From the NCBI GenBank assembly GCA_030704615.1, contig CM060731.1, positions 19,406,001 to 19,470,000 on the forward strand: DNA of 64,000 nt, read 5' to 3'. Within the stretch, counting starts at the first letter, position 1; every line of letters begins with the position of its first letter. The position numbers and the translations under genes were made by a program. This document shows positions 12,101 through 23,813 of this stretch, piece after piece. The notes under the pieces were generated by a model. That model did not search any database. It was given only the letters and a program-made list of their open reading frames with translations, and was not told the DNA's origin. Origin of the DNA: Takakia lepidozioides (lineage: Eukaryota > Plantae > Bryophyta).

Positions 12101-15100
12101 GGTAAGAGGTTAACTTCCTGTGACGCTTTAAAGAGTAAATCAGTGTTTTTGAAAACTGTATCCAGGCGGAGATTGGAACTTCATAATAGAAAAAAATCAA
12201 GGGATTAGAACTTGCTTCAAAGCAGGAGGCTTTACAGGAACCCAACCAGAAAAGTGGATTTCTTCTTCCCTCTTCACCAAAGCCAATTTAAACTTAGCCC
12301 CTACACTTCTGACCTCCCTTTAGGATGCAAACTAAAAGGTGTGCTGTGTATAGAAAGCGTTTAGACTAGTGACAGACAGTCTTGAGACATGGCAACTGTC
12401 AAATAAAGTTCATTACCACAAAGCTTTTTAGACCAAGGTATATGCAAAAGCGCTATTGATCTGAAGGTTCTCTGGACCCTAGGGTACTGGTGTAGACTAT
12501 TGGCTGGAAGCATGTCAGTAGTGGTCTGGATCCAAAATATTTTCTTGGAAGCTTACACCCCGAAGTTGAATTTGCCTTGCTCCTGTGGGAGTTGCACCTA
12601 TTTGCAGAGGAAGAGTGGAAATGTCGATACTTACAGTTCAGCATGTGTTTCTGTTGTGAAGGTGAGGTGGAGGAGACCTCGGCTGAGCTGGAGATGTGTA
12701 GACGCAAGCTGGCCACACTCCGCAGCCAGAAAGAGGCAATGGCAGTACCAGGCACCCCCCTGCCTGGTGTGAAGATTGAATGTGGGGACCGAGTTGCAGG
12801 GCCTGAAAAGGTCTCAAGGGAAGCCCGTGAGCTCGAGGCTGCATTGGAACAAGCGAAGGTAAGTTGAGGTGTGCTCTCCTTATGCTAGTATTTCTAACAG
12901 GCAAACTTCGTTTCCTTTTTGTCTTACGAAGCAAGTAAAAAACTCTAATTATCACCATAATGTGAAGGAGGAATGGTATTTCTCATTCACCTCATCCAAT
13001 GAACAAGAAGTGCTTACACAGCTTGCAGAACTTTGGCGTTGAGAGTGCAATCTCAGCAACCTTGGAACAGACTAATGCACCAGCTTGGTATCTAACTGCT
13101 CGCTCACGTTATGCATATAGATACTGGCAGGACGAAGGCTGGCAGAACTTCAAGATGCACTGCAAACACAGCTGAATCTTTCACAGCAGCTGCGGCATAT
13201 GCAGGTTGAACATCAAGCTCTTGTGCTGCCTCATCATGTTATTGCTGTATATATAGGTTGTTTTCCCAAAAATTCTGGAAAAATTACAGCAGTGTTCAGG
13301 GACCCGCTGCTGGAGAGAATGCGTAGACAAAGAGATCTAATAGATTTTGTGGGCCACATTGCGTATTGCTGAGTGCTATGCTTTTTCTGGTTTGATGCTT
13401 GGATGATGATTTATTTCATTTCGTAATGTGAATGCTGCAGGACCTCCTAGATGATGAGCAACGAATTTTGGCATCACGCCCTTATCTGTTACTCAGTGAT
13501 CAAGTCCAGTATCTGAAGACTGAGGTTGAGCGGTATCGAGGCGTGGTAGACCAGTTACAGGTTGGCTTTGTTTGATGACTTGTTGCTTCTTACTACAAGA
13601 CTTCCTTTGTCATTATTTCAGACTTTATATGTGTGGAAGATGCCACATCTTTGTGGCTTATTTGCTCTGTGATGTTTTCCCTGTCACTGCGCATTTTTTG
13701 ACCTGGGGCATGCCCATGGTTCCCAGGGCTGAGCATAGCATGGACATGAACTTAATAATCAGTGTACTTGGATTTGAAAGAACTCTGTCCGTCATCAGAA
13801 CATTCGTACACCAAGCCAACTTAAAACTTTGGCCAATTTAAATTAATAGTTAACTTATCGGATGATGATATCAAATTTGTAATTTTCAGATCCGCTGGAC
13901 TTGTATCTTTGTTATTGCAGAGTGAGCGTGACATAGTACTGCGTCGTGAGAAAGAGGTGATTTTAAAGGCTGAAGCTGGCGAAGCGGCCCGAAGGGCAAG
14001 CACCTTTGCAGATGCCAGGGCAGCAGAGTTGGAGACAAAGTTACAGCAGTGCATAGCAGATCGTGACACTTTGCAATTGAGATTAGAGGAGGCCGCTCAA
14101 GCTTCAGGCATGTTTGCGATGAGACTCTCTCACCTGCCCTCTCCTCTATGTTATATTTGTATCTTAATGAGACAAAATGACTTGTCCATCCAAAGCTAGT
14201 TTACCAAAGGTGATTGACATTTACCTGATTTGTAGGAACTACCTAGCTTGCATCTCTGTCTGTGAATAGGCCATGGGCTGTTGAAACTGGAGTGCGGTAT
14301 GTGCTCATCATGGGGTTTGCCTTGCTACACCTTAAGTAGACTTGACATTTGTTCAGGAATTCAACTGGTTTGAGTGTTTTTCTATTTTGTAGTGTTGCTA
14401 GTTGTTGAGAAGGTGCTAAAAATCTCTATAATTTGTACTAGCAGGACTTGTTATGTGTCAAAGATAAAAGTTCCCTGGTCCATGGAATGTCCAGGAAGGC
14501 ATGTGAAGACGTTTCAATCGCTTTTGAATTTGTCGCTTTGAGAAGTGCATCATTTGTGGTTACCTTGATATTTGGTCTTGTTGTAGGGAGGAAAGAGTCT
14601 GTTGCTGAGCTGAAGGTGATGGTCACCACACTCCACAAGGAGATGAGCATGATGCAAGCTCAGCTAAACAAATACAAGGAAGCTGCTTGTGAAGTTCATT
14701 CACTTCGTGCAGAGATTAACTCTCTGGCTGTGATTCTTGAAAGAAAGGTACATTAACCAAATTCCAACCCTCTTTGGGAGGGTAGTTGGATCAAACCCTG
14801 GAAGCTCTACAGATTAGTTGATGATCCTCGAATTTGTCTACCAAATTCCTGAAGAATTCCCAGAAGTTTTTGCATGTGTAGGAATGGTTGGATGGGAAAC
14901 CCAAGGAACCCACTGCCTTCCTCTTGCAAGGACTCAGAATAGGCTTTGTCATGCTACCTCACTATATGCAGATTGACCAGTGCCCCGTGGGAGTTATAAA
15001 TTGGTCATGCAGTTGATCAAGGCCATCATTCACAGCTTGGTTTCTCTGAATCTAAATGAGAGGAGGTTTCTTGTGTTGTGCAGACAGATGAATGCAAAAG

Positions 15101-16422
15101 CCTTTCATCCCAATATGATGGCCAGGTTGCCGAACTGAATCTGCTGAAAAGTGAGGTGTGATTTTGGTCCTTTTTTAAAGTTAAATGAATCTTCTGAGAT
15201 TGAAATCAACACTTCTGAATTAGTCTTCCTTAGCATGGGTCACTTTCCTGTGTTACAACCCATGAATGATACAAAACTCCTATTTATCTCCAAAGTGGGA
15301 ATGCTCCAGCTCCATAGATGCTTAACACAGGAGTTTTGTATCATTCACTGACTCAATCATTCCGTTGGTATTTGAGTAGCACAAGCATTAGTCAAACTTC
15401 TTATCACTTGCATGTGAAGCTAGAATTGATGTTTTGATTTCCATGTCCTAAAAAGTAATTTCAACTGCAGGCTGATCCCCCGTAACTTCAGAAAAAAGAA
15501 AAATACTGGTATTTGATTGGGGTTTCCACATACAGGTCCAAGCTTTGCGGGATAGTGAGCAAGAGTTGAATCTTATCCTGGATATGTACAGCAGAGAATC
15601 GACTGACCCCAGGTATTTTTGGATTGCTGTCCTCCCAATTTAATTCCATGAAGCTTCTGAAACAAAGCAGGTTTAGTTTTTCTCTCATGTGGAGACCCCT
15701 GCAAGTAGAGATGGAGTTTGTGGAGCACTTTTTACATTCTATACTTCAATAAGACGTCTGTCAGGCTTGTTAATGAACGTAAAGACACTGTATATGCAGA
15801 GACATTATGGATTTGCAGCAAGCCGAGTGTAGAGTGTTGGCACAAGTGGAGCGCCTAAAGGCAGCACTGGATGAGCACAGCCTAGAGCTTCGTGTGAAAG
15901 CTGCCAATGAGGCAGAGGCTGCATGCCAGCAAAGGCTCACAGCAGCTGAAGCTGAGATTGTTGAGCTACAACAAAGACTAGATGCTGCGGACAGGTTTGG
16001 CTCTTACAGTATGAAAGCAGAAGAGATATAAGGAACATGCCCGTCTAATTCCTAATCAATCTCTACTTCAACTTTTCAGATGGTTAACAAATTTCAAGAC
16101 TGTTCAGATGACACACAGTCTGGAAAAGAAAATGGACACAGCTTGTTACCTCTGGTCAGGACTTTGTGTTGTGTTGCCTGTAGCGATAGGGCTTTTAGTA
16201 AGGAAGTCAATATGACTTCCTCTCTTGTCTGTTGTTATGTTCAATGCCAGGTTTGGACTCCTCTTGAATGTTCTATTTGAAGCTCGCTGGCCTGAAATTG
16301 TTTTCCCCAATGTGACCATGTGAGGAGGGGCTTGCATATTTTGCTGCAGGGATGTCGTGGAGCTAAGAGTGACTTTGAAGTCGAAGAATGAGGAAGGAGA
16401 TGCCTATATCGCTGAAATAGAG

Positions 16423-16466
<44 letters not shown>

Positions 16467-19400
16467 ATTGTAATTGGGATGCACATATCCGGAAAGTTGT
16501 TCAAACTGGCAAGAGCAAAGCTCTGGGGCTCACTAAATTTTTCCACTGCAGAGGGGTCAACTCTGAGGTTAAGAAAACCATGCTTTGTCGCGTTATTAGA
16601 CCTGCCTTGGAGTACGGATCTGCTATATGGGTTGATAACTCCAACCAGGCTAAGTCTCTAGAATCCATTCAAGTGGGGGTGCTTAAGGAGTGTATGTCAG
16701 CATGCTCCAAAACAGCCAATGTGGCTGTTCGGGGTGAGTTTGGCATTCCGTCCCTAAGCTCCCGACGAGATGAATTCAAGGTCAGATGGTGGGGTCAGCT
16801 ACAACATATGCCCAACACCAGATATCCTAAGTTAATGGACTCTATATCTTGGAAACAGGACCGCCCTGTCAAACAGGCTAAGTCCTGGCAGAAGAGAGTA
16901 GAAGAGATTCTCAAGGACCTGGACCTGGATCCGCAAGTCTTGACCCTGCTGGATAAATCTGACTTAGAGGCTGTAGTGTCCTCAGCCATGTCTGTTGCCA
17001 TGAGATTGTCTGATGAAAATGAAGTTAGGCAGAAAACTTCCCTGAACTTGTTTCCAGTCTGTGACATGGGGGAGGACATCTTGGATGACCTCAAGGGTCT
17101 ACCCACTCTCGGCACTAGACTGAAATTTAAACTCAGGGCAGGAAGCCTACCTTTGAACAGCAAACAGAAGCAGAGAGGAAAGGGAGAGTGCAATTGCCCG
17201 TTGTGTGGGCAATCTGAAGACAGTATTCATTTTCTGATACACTGTCCGGGGTTCTCTCACCAAAGAGACGCTCTCTTCAAATCTATTAAGGGAATTGTGC
17301 CTGTACCCCTGTTTACCAACTTTGAAAGTCTCGAGGCTGAGCCAAAAGCCCAGGCCCTCCTGAGGCCTAGTTTTTGGGCAAATCACACACAGCAGATTGA
17401 TGCTTGTGTGAAGGGATTTCTAGAGGATATCTGGAAAACCCGGATTAATTCTTTATATGGAGGTAAGTCTTACTACCAACGTCAGCCCCTGACAGAGGTA
17501 GGTTCTGTCCCTTTTGTTCCCGCTCAAACTGGGCGCGGGGTCAATGGCCACAAGGCTACGGCAAACAACGTCTTATGAGTACAATCTCTCTCTCTCTACA
17601 CGGGCCATTCCCCTGCAACTCCCTGGAGTGAGATCTCTGAATGGTAACAAGCGGACTCCTACCGCTTGGGGGCAGCCCCTCCGCCCAAATTGGGCAGTCG
17701 TATGCTCTGTCTAGCATACTCGGCACTGGGCTCGGGTTGGTTCCTGTGCTTAAACTTATGGCCTGCGAAAACAATCAAAAATTTAGCTTCTATCAACATC
17801 AACACTCCTCAGGGTGATCCCTGGGAATTGGTGACTTATGCCAAATCTAGGGCTTCATGTGTAGTTTTTGGGGTGAATCCCAGGATGGACGATGTGTCCT
17901 TTAAAACTACATGCTCTAGCTTAGGCTTGGATTTCATGGCTAATGGTACCATCTCGAGACTTGATAACAGGGGTACGTTGAAGGTTGCAATGACCAAAAG
18001 TGCTTCTAATAGAGTCCCGCATCAATTCAATCTCAAAGAAGTTCGTCCCTTGACTGGCTGGAGAGCGGTCTTAGACATTGGTGATTCAATGGGGCGCTCT
18101 AGGAAGACAACCAAGGGCAACAACTTCAACTTGAGAGTTTCTAATCGGTTTGATGCTCTGGATGAGGTTGAATCCAAACAGCGAGGCTGAGCCAAAAGCC
18201 CAGGCCCTCCTGAGGCCTAGTTTTTGGGCAAATCACACACAGCAGATTGATGCTTGTGTGAAGGGATTTCTAGAGGATATCTGGAAAACCCGGATTAATT
18301 CTTTATATGGAGGTAAGTCTTACTACCAACGTCAGCCCCTGACAGAGGTAGGTTCTGTCCCTTTTGTTCCCGCTCAAACTGGGCGCGGGGTCAATGGCCA
18401 CAAGGCTACGGCAAACAACGTCTTATGAGTACAATCTCTCTCTCTCTCTCTTTCCCCCTATTTTGGGACCACATGTAACCTGCCTTTGATGAGAAAGATC
18501 TACTAAATTTTGACTTTGGGTTTTATTTTTAAGTCTTATGCTGATAGCGTATTTCCAACAGACCATTGGGCAAGCATACGAAGACATGCAGACGCAGAAC
18601 CAAAGGTTACTTCAGCAGATTACAGAACGCGATGATTACAACACTCAGGTATGTGAAACCGTTCATCCTGTGTGCCATGTCCTAAGGATCTGTGAAACTA
18701 TCTGTGATGGTTACCATGTGCAGTCATATTATCTGACACCAGGCAGTAGCACATTAGGTAGTGGAGAAGCAGGAGGCGCCTTGTGTTCATGCCAGCAGGT
18801 ACGTACTGTCTCAAACTTTTCACTTTAGGGAGTCTTGCCACAGAAATTATCTCCAAAGGGCTCAGTAATGGTGTTCTGACCCAAATTCCAGAATTGTAAC
18901 CACAGATCAGTCCCTGGGTACAGAGAACCAGCATTGTTATCATACTTTCAGTTTATCTTGTCTTTCCAGAGACATAGTAATGGACGGGGTCACTTTGTTG
19001 GAATGCAGCTAGCTCTCTGGCTGGCTCACTCATGACAGTACCAGTTACGAATGTAGGTGTTAAAGTGCTCCGAAATGAGGCTGAAACTTACATGTAGTCT
19101 TGTGGAAGTCTGCTGACAGCAATTTTTCGTGGTCTTCAGCTGGTGGCAGAGAGTTTAAAGGCAAAGCAGCAGCATTCGTCTTTACAGTCCGAGAAGCATG
19201 TATTGGCCAGCCGTATGCAGCAGGCTTATGCTGCAGCTGACCTCCACAAACAGCGCATAAGTCGCTTGGAAGAACAGGTATGAGCTTTACACCATGACCG
19301 CAGGAAGCTTTCTAGTCATGTAAGATGAAACAAGAGTATCTTGGGTATTCTAGACCTGAGCACCATGCCTAGTACGTGTTTCACACTACCAGTGACTTGG

Positions 19401-20869
19401 TACATCTTCGAATGAGTATGTTTCAATCAACTGGTTACGAGTCACAAATCTGTTTGCTCACGTCTTTGCAGGACTTAGCAAGTGAAAACTGAGTAGTCTT
19501 TCTTACATGAATCATCTCAATTTAGTTCTTAAAGCCAAATCCTAACCACATATCTGATTGGCAATGGTGCAGGTTAGAACATACATAGATCAGTTAGGCA
19601 AAGCCACCGATGAAAACCGGCAGTGCACCTCAGCCTTGGAGAGTGCCAAACGTAATATAGTTGAGAGTGAGAGAGAGCTCCTGTCTATCAAATCAGCACT
19701 TGAAGCAGCACACAAGGGACTCGAGGATCGTGGACACAAAATAGCTGAAGCACAGTCTGAGCTTGAAAAGGAGAGGTGAGTTGCCAATGCTCATTTTTAG
19801 GAAAGAAATAGTGGTGGTTCTATAGTCAAAGACGAGCTAAAGTTGTGGGCAGAAATCCCACTCTTTGCTTCTATGTAACCAGTGCTCCACAGTCTACGGT
19901 TTGACTTCTCTTGGATTAGTTGAGAACCAAACACCATAACTTGAACTATGCATTCATTGTACCTCAAGCCCTTGCAATCAAACCTGTTACTGTGCTTCAA
20001 CAAGTTTTAAATGAATTCCTAAACAGGAATCTCTCCACCATAATTTGGAGACAGAGCTTACCATAGAGTGGGGGAGCCTTGTTGTCAGGACACTTTGCCA
20101 CCTATGTCGAGGATCTCATGTGGCCCTGGGCATCTAGGGGTGGCTGAGTCTCTTGGTGAAGAAGGAGGTATCTACAAACTACTGGGTGCCATTGTGATTG
20201 AAACAGCTGGCAGTACTGCCAATAACACAATGAGTGACTATCACCAGTGTCAGTATCGGTCTTTCCACATTAAGTGCATTATGTGTCTTGAAGCTGTTTG
20301 CTTAGTGAAATCACAGTTTCGACAGTGGTTTTTAAATGGAGTGGTTGCTGTTGTTCTTCTACAGGTTTGACAAGAGAAGGGTGCAAGAAGAGTTGGATGC
20401 GTTGAACATCAGGGTGACACGCTTGAACCTGCATTACGACTCTGGATCAATTGTAGAACGGCTGCAAGAGGAGATCAAAGAGTACAAAGCAATATTGAAA
20501 TGTAGTGTCTGCCATGACCGACCAAAGGAGGTAATCCCAGTTTCCCGGTAGTTCCCCGGACAGTTGGCCTCTCCACTGTTTTCCTAGTCCCATGGTAGAT
20601 GATCCTCTTTGGATTTAACAAACATGGATGTAACGGGGTTTTAAGATAGTGACTGTCATTAGAGACTGTGACCTCAATTTCTGGAAAACTTTCTCAAGGT
20701 CATTCTGACATCGATTCCTTTCGTTGTCTACTTGCAGGTGGTTATCACAAAGTGTTACCATTTGTTTTGCAGCCCGTGCATCCAACGGAATTTGGAGATC
20801 CGACATCGCAAATGTCCTGGCTGTGGTGTTCCATTTGGTCAAAACGATGTGCGCAACGTCTACATCTGA
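9108..20869 (+). CDS. HUB2: Histone H2B monoubiquitination E3 ligase, BRE1-like (HUB2-type); 19 exons: 9108-9212, 9826-9987, 10210-10297, 11047-11283, 11824-11991, 12662-12858, 13121-13204, 13441-13560, 13921-14107, 14587-14747, 15084-15155, 15536-15612, 15800-15994, 16350-16422, 18562-18648, 19140-19277, 19573-19775, 20365-20530, 20738-20869 (883 aa)
   Basis: MGSTEEPERKRRH N-terminus, LQYQNQKLAQQLE, coiled coils, ELRVKAANEAEAACQQRL, and C3HC4 RING CSVCHDRPKEVVITKCYHLFCSPCIQRNLEIRHRKCPGC. Exon sum 2652 nt is in frame. HUB1 vs HUB2 was assigned from the recalled RING sequence. Confidence 0.92.
10070..10152 (-). mobile_element. Short 3'-end copy of the (CT)n LINE in HUB2 intron 2
   Basis: GAATGTACTCAT…TGTGGCCATAGA…CAGTTTGGGCGGAAC flanked by the direct repeat TGGTTGTAGAG. 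Confidence 0.75.
16463..17597 (+). mobile_element. 5'-truncated non-LTR retrotransposon (RTE-X/CR1-like ORF2 C-terminus) in HUB2 intron 14
   Basis: RT thumb motif VIRPALEYGSAIW and zinc finger CPLCGQSEDSIHFLIHC; ORF ends just before a (CT)n tail; a (CT)~20 run precedes it. Confidence 0.9.
17598..18451 (+). mobile_element. Internally deleted LINE derivative: structured leader plus ORF1-like start fused to the last ~265 nt of the LINE
   Basis: ORF1-like reading ending in VSNRFDAL. 18182-18450 is identical to 17332-17597, including the (CT)n tail; junction at CGAGGCTGAGCC. Confidence 0.7.
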
Positions 20870-22792
20870 TCACATGTTCAGGTGAGGAGGAGCCTGATGA
20901 GGCAGGCCCTCTCAATTCTTTTTCTATCTTCTGACTTGAGTGTGGGCTGCTACATGAAAATATGTTCCCTTTAGAACAGATTTGTGTATTGCTGGTGGCT
21001 TAGATTGCATTTGGAAGAGGAGTCTGAATTGCATAGATAGGGATGTCCCTTACGATCAAGAGGCTTGTATCTTCTTAGCTTTGTATGGGGATCATTTTTT
21101 TGTTACAACTGATATTTTGTAAGCGGTACATGCCCCACATTGGCCTGGTTCCACATTTGCTTCCTCTCCCTGTCACCTTCTCTCTTTGCTACCTACAAGG
21201 CCCTCCATTGTGATGTGCCCTGCTGCTATTTTATATTGTGACTTCTAACTTGAGGTGTTTGCATTGTGGCATGACCGACCACCAACTCGCCTAATATTCC
21301 CATCTTCCATCAGATGGTTTTTTCTCCAAGGATCATCTCGGAGTCTATTGAAGAGGTGCAAGTTACCAGTGGCAACTGGTGATTGATTAAGGATAACTGG
21401 TCCCATCTATCTACGCATTAAGCTGCTGCCTACTTATTCCTACAGAAGGCTCTAGAATCTGCTGTCCAGTGACCTGTAATCAGACAATGCGAGCCAGTCA
21501 CGAAACTTTCTGTTGCGTGGAGGATTTGGGACTGAGGATGTTGAGGTGAGCCTGTTTGAGGACTGCATGAGCTGTGGACAGAAAAGTACTCCCTCAACGA
21601 GGTCACAGCATGTCTAGATGTGATGAGACTTTGCTTTTGCCAACAAAATGTGCTTTAGCGAGCAGAGATTTGGGATTGAAATTACCGTTTGGCCAAATGT
21701 CTGCAGAAATGCCATCGAGTAAAAGACTCGGACACGTGTAGTTTGACTATTGTTTCCTGGACTTTTTTTATGGACTTCGTAGGGATGGATGATCAAAACA
21801 CTGTAGGTCGACTCGAATAATCTACTCGTAGTGTCCTTTAAATTTGAACTCATGCCAGATATGGCGATGAAAGCCCAGTTATGAAGGAGATAGGCGATCT
21901 GCATGGTCGGGCTAGCGAAGCGAGTATCTAGGGTTTACAGCCTGAAGACCACGGTGCGCATCAATCCCATCTCAGTGACATTGGAAGGACATTCCAGGAG
22001 ATATAAAGTCAGGAAGGAAATGGATGACTGAAGAATGATGGCAGCTGGAGCTGGCTGGCTGCCTGGGTCTTTGGAACTCGGAAGTCTGTTCGACCCATTG
22101 CCTCTGGTTAACAGCTGTGTGGAAGAACAATAGACAACTGTAGCATGCAGAATGGAATCCTGATAGAGCAGTAGTTGAGAAGAAGCCAGTTGAGCATTCC
22201 TGACTCTCCTGCCAAGGTCTCTGGACATCTCACACAAGCTCTACATTGGGTTTCCCTTGAGAAAAGTTGCTTCCCAAACTTCTTAAAAGTACATTGTGGA
22301 TGTAATTTGGACAGTCAAGAGCTTATAACTTGTGACATCTACCTTTGGAACGAGCTGGTCATGGTAAGTCAGTAGTATCTTGTCTGAGTATTTGGATGAT
22401 GGAAGAACTGTGTAGACTCTTTGGAGATACACTAGATACACTGTTTTGTTTTATCTGTTAATGGGGTGGACGGGCTTCACACATTGTCCTCTCCCCATGT
22501 TCGGGAAAGGTGGAAGTTCATCACAGTTGCTTATATGCTACATTTGAGACCAGAAAAGGGTTTTTGAAGCATAATTTGAAACCCGTCTTGATCAGAATGA
22601 GGCACACCAAGATACCAGAGTATGCATCCGATAGACTGCAATGAAGAGGGCAGCTCCGTATTTGATGTATCAAATGAGTTGGTACATGATGACAAGGTTA
22701 TTGAGCTTGCCCCATAAAACAGACCTGCCCTCCCTCACTCAATTTTGGGGGCTCTCTCTCTGCCCCCAAATGTGGCTGATTACAAGCCATAT

Positions 22793-23648
22793 TCAAGATA
22801 GGATGGCTAGGATATCAGACTCCCTCAGAACCACATACTGAACGCCATCCTTGTCCTTGAATTCATTGCCTGCCTACTTCGAATACAACACCGTGTTGCC
22901 TGTGGTCACATGCAAAGGCTTCCTCTCCTAAGTCCCAGGCCCAGTGGACACCACTGTTCCAATCACAGGCTTCTCCTTTGAGCTGTCCGTCAAAAGAATA
23001 CCACCAGCAGTCTTTGACTTAGCACCGGTTACCTCAATGAGCACCCGATCATTCAATGGTTGCAAGTCCTTTATATTGTCTGTCGACAGCAGACCCACAA
23101 CATTCTCTTCCTTCAATAACAGGTGTCCGTCACCATTGAATTCTACCTCCGTGCCTGCACACTTCGAGTAAACAATTTGGGCCCCAATTTGCACGCTGAG
23201 CTCCAATTTTTTTCGCCAATGGTCTTGCCCTCGCCCACATTCACCAGTTCGCCACCTGCGGAACAACAGGAAACTAGTTAATAGAAACGACAGTGTACAA
23301 CAGAAGTGCTGTAGTCACTATGTCGGACTCTAGAACCAGTAATTTGTAGAGACAAACCTTATGGCTTAGTCTGAGCGGTGCTGGGGAGCAGAATGCCACC
23401 CATAGATCTCTCCTCACGGTTTGGATCTTGACGAGGATACGATCCCCTAAAGGCTTCAGGGTTGTGAACTTCGGAGCAACAGCTGTTGCAGCCCTTGCGC
23501 CAAGACACCTCCATGAAGGGATTGATACTTGCAGACGTCCAACTTGCACCCGGGAAGATGTGCCCCTCAATCCTCCGTAAGACGCGAATCCCAGACCATG
23601 CGAGCTGACCACCGATCCCAGCTGTGCAGCTGTCGACGCGGCTGCCAT
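22793..23648 (-). pseudogene. CPN20: Chloroplast co-chaperonin CPN20 pseudogene
   Basis: Transit peptide plus two GroES domains (LKPLGDRILVK…GGILLPSTAQTKP; LQPLNDRVLIEV…AGGILLT…VLRESDILAILS*). Contains a frameshift near 23410, in-frame stops (TKP*, GPGT*, YSK*) and one intron at ~23257-23357. Confidence 0.9.
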
Positions 23649-23813
23649 CTCTTCCCCAAATCAACCAACTACAAAATCAACTCTCCAGAAAAACCCTGTA
23701 CTCTGCAAACCGTTAACCCTCTCTCAAAGCTACACTCCTTGTGGCTTTTTGTATCATAACACTTATGTTTGAAGATGGCTCTTTTATTTTTCTTGTCCAT
23801 GGACGATGGACTA

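Noticed and set aside
17598-17770. Definite HDV-like ribozyme call
   Set aside because: A G-U-starting 7-bp stem exists, but the P3/L3 and J4/2 elements could not be placed.
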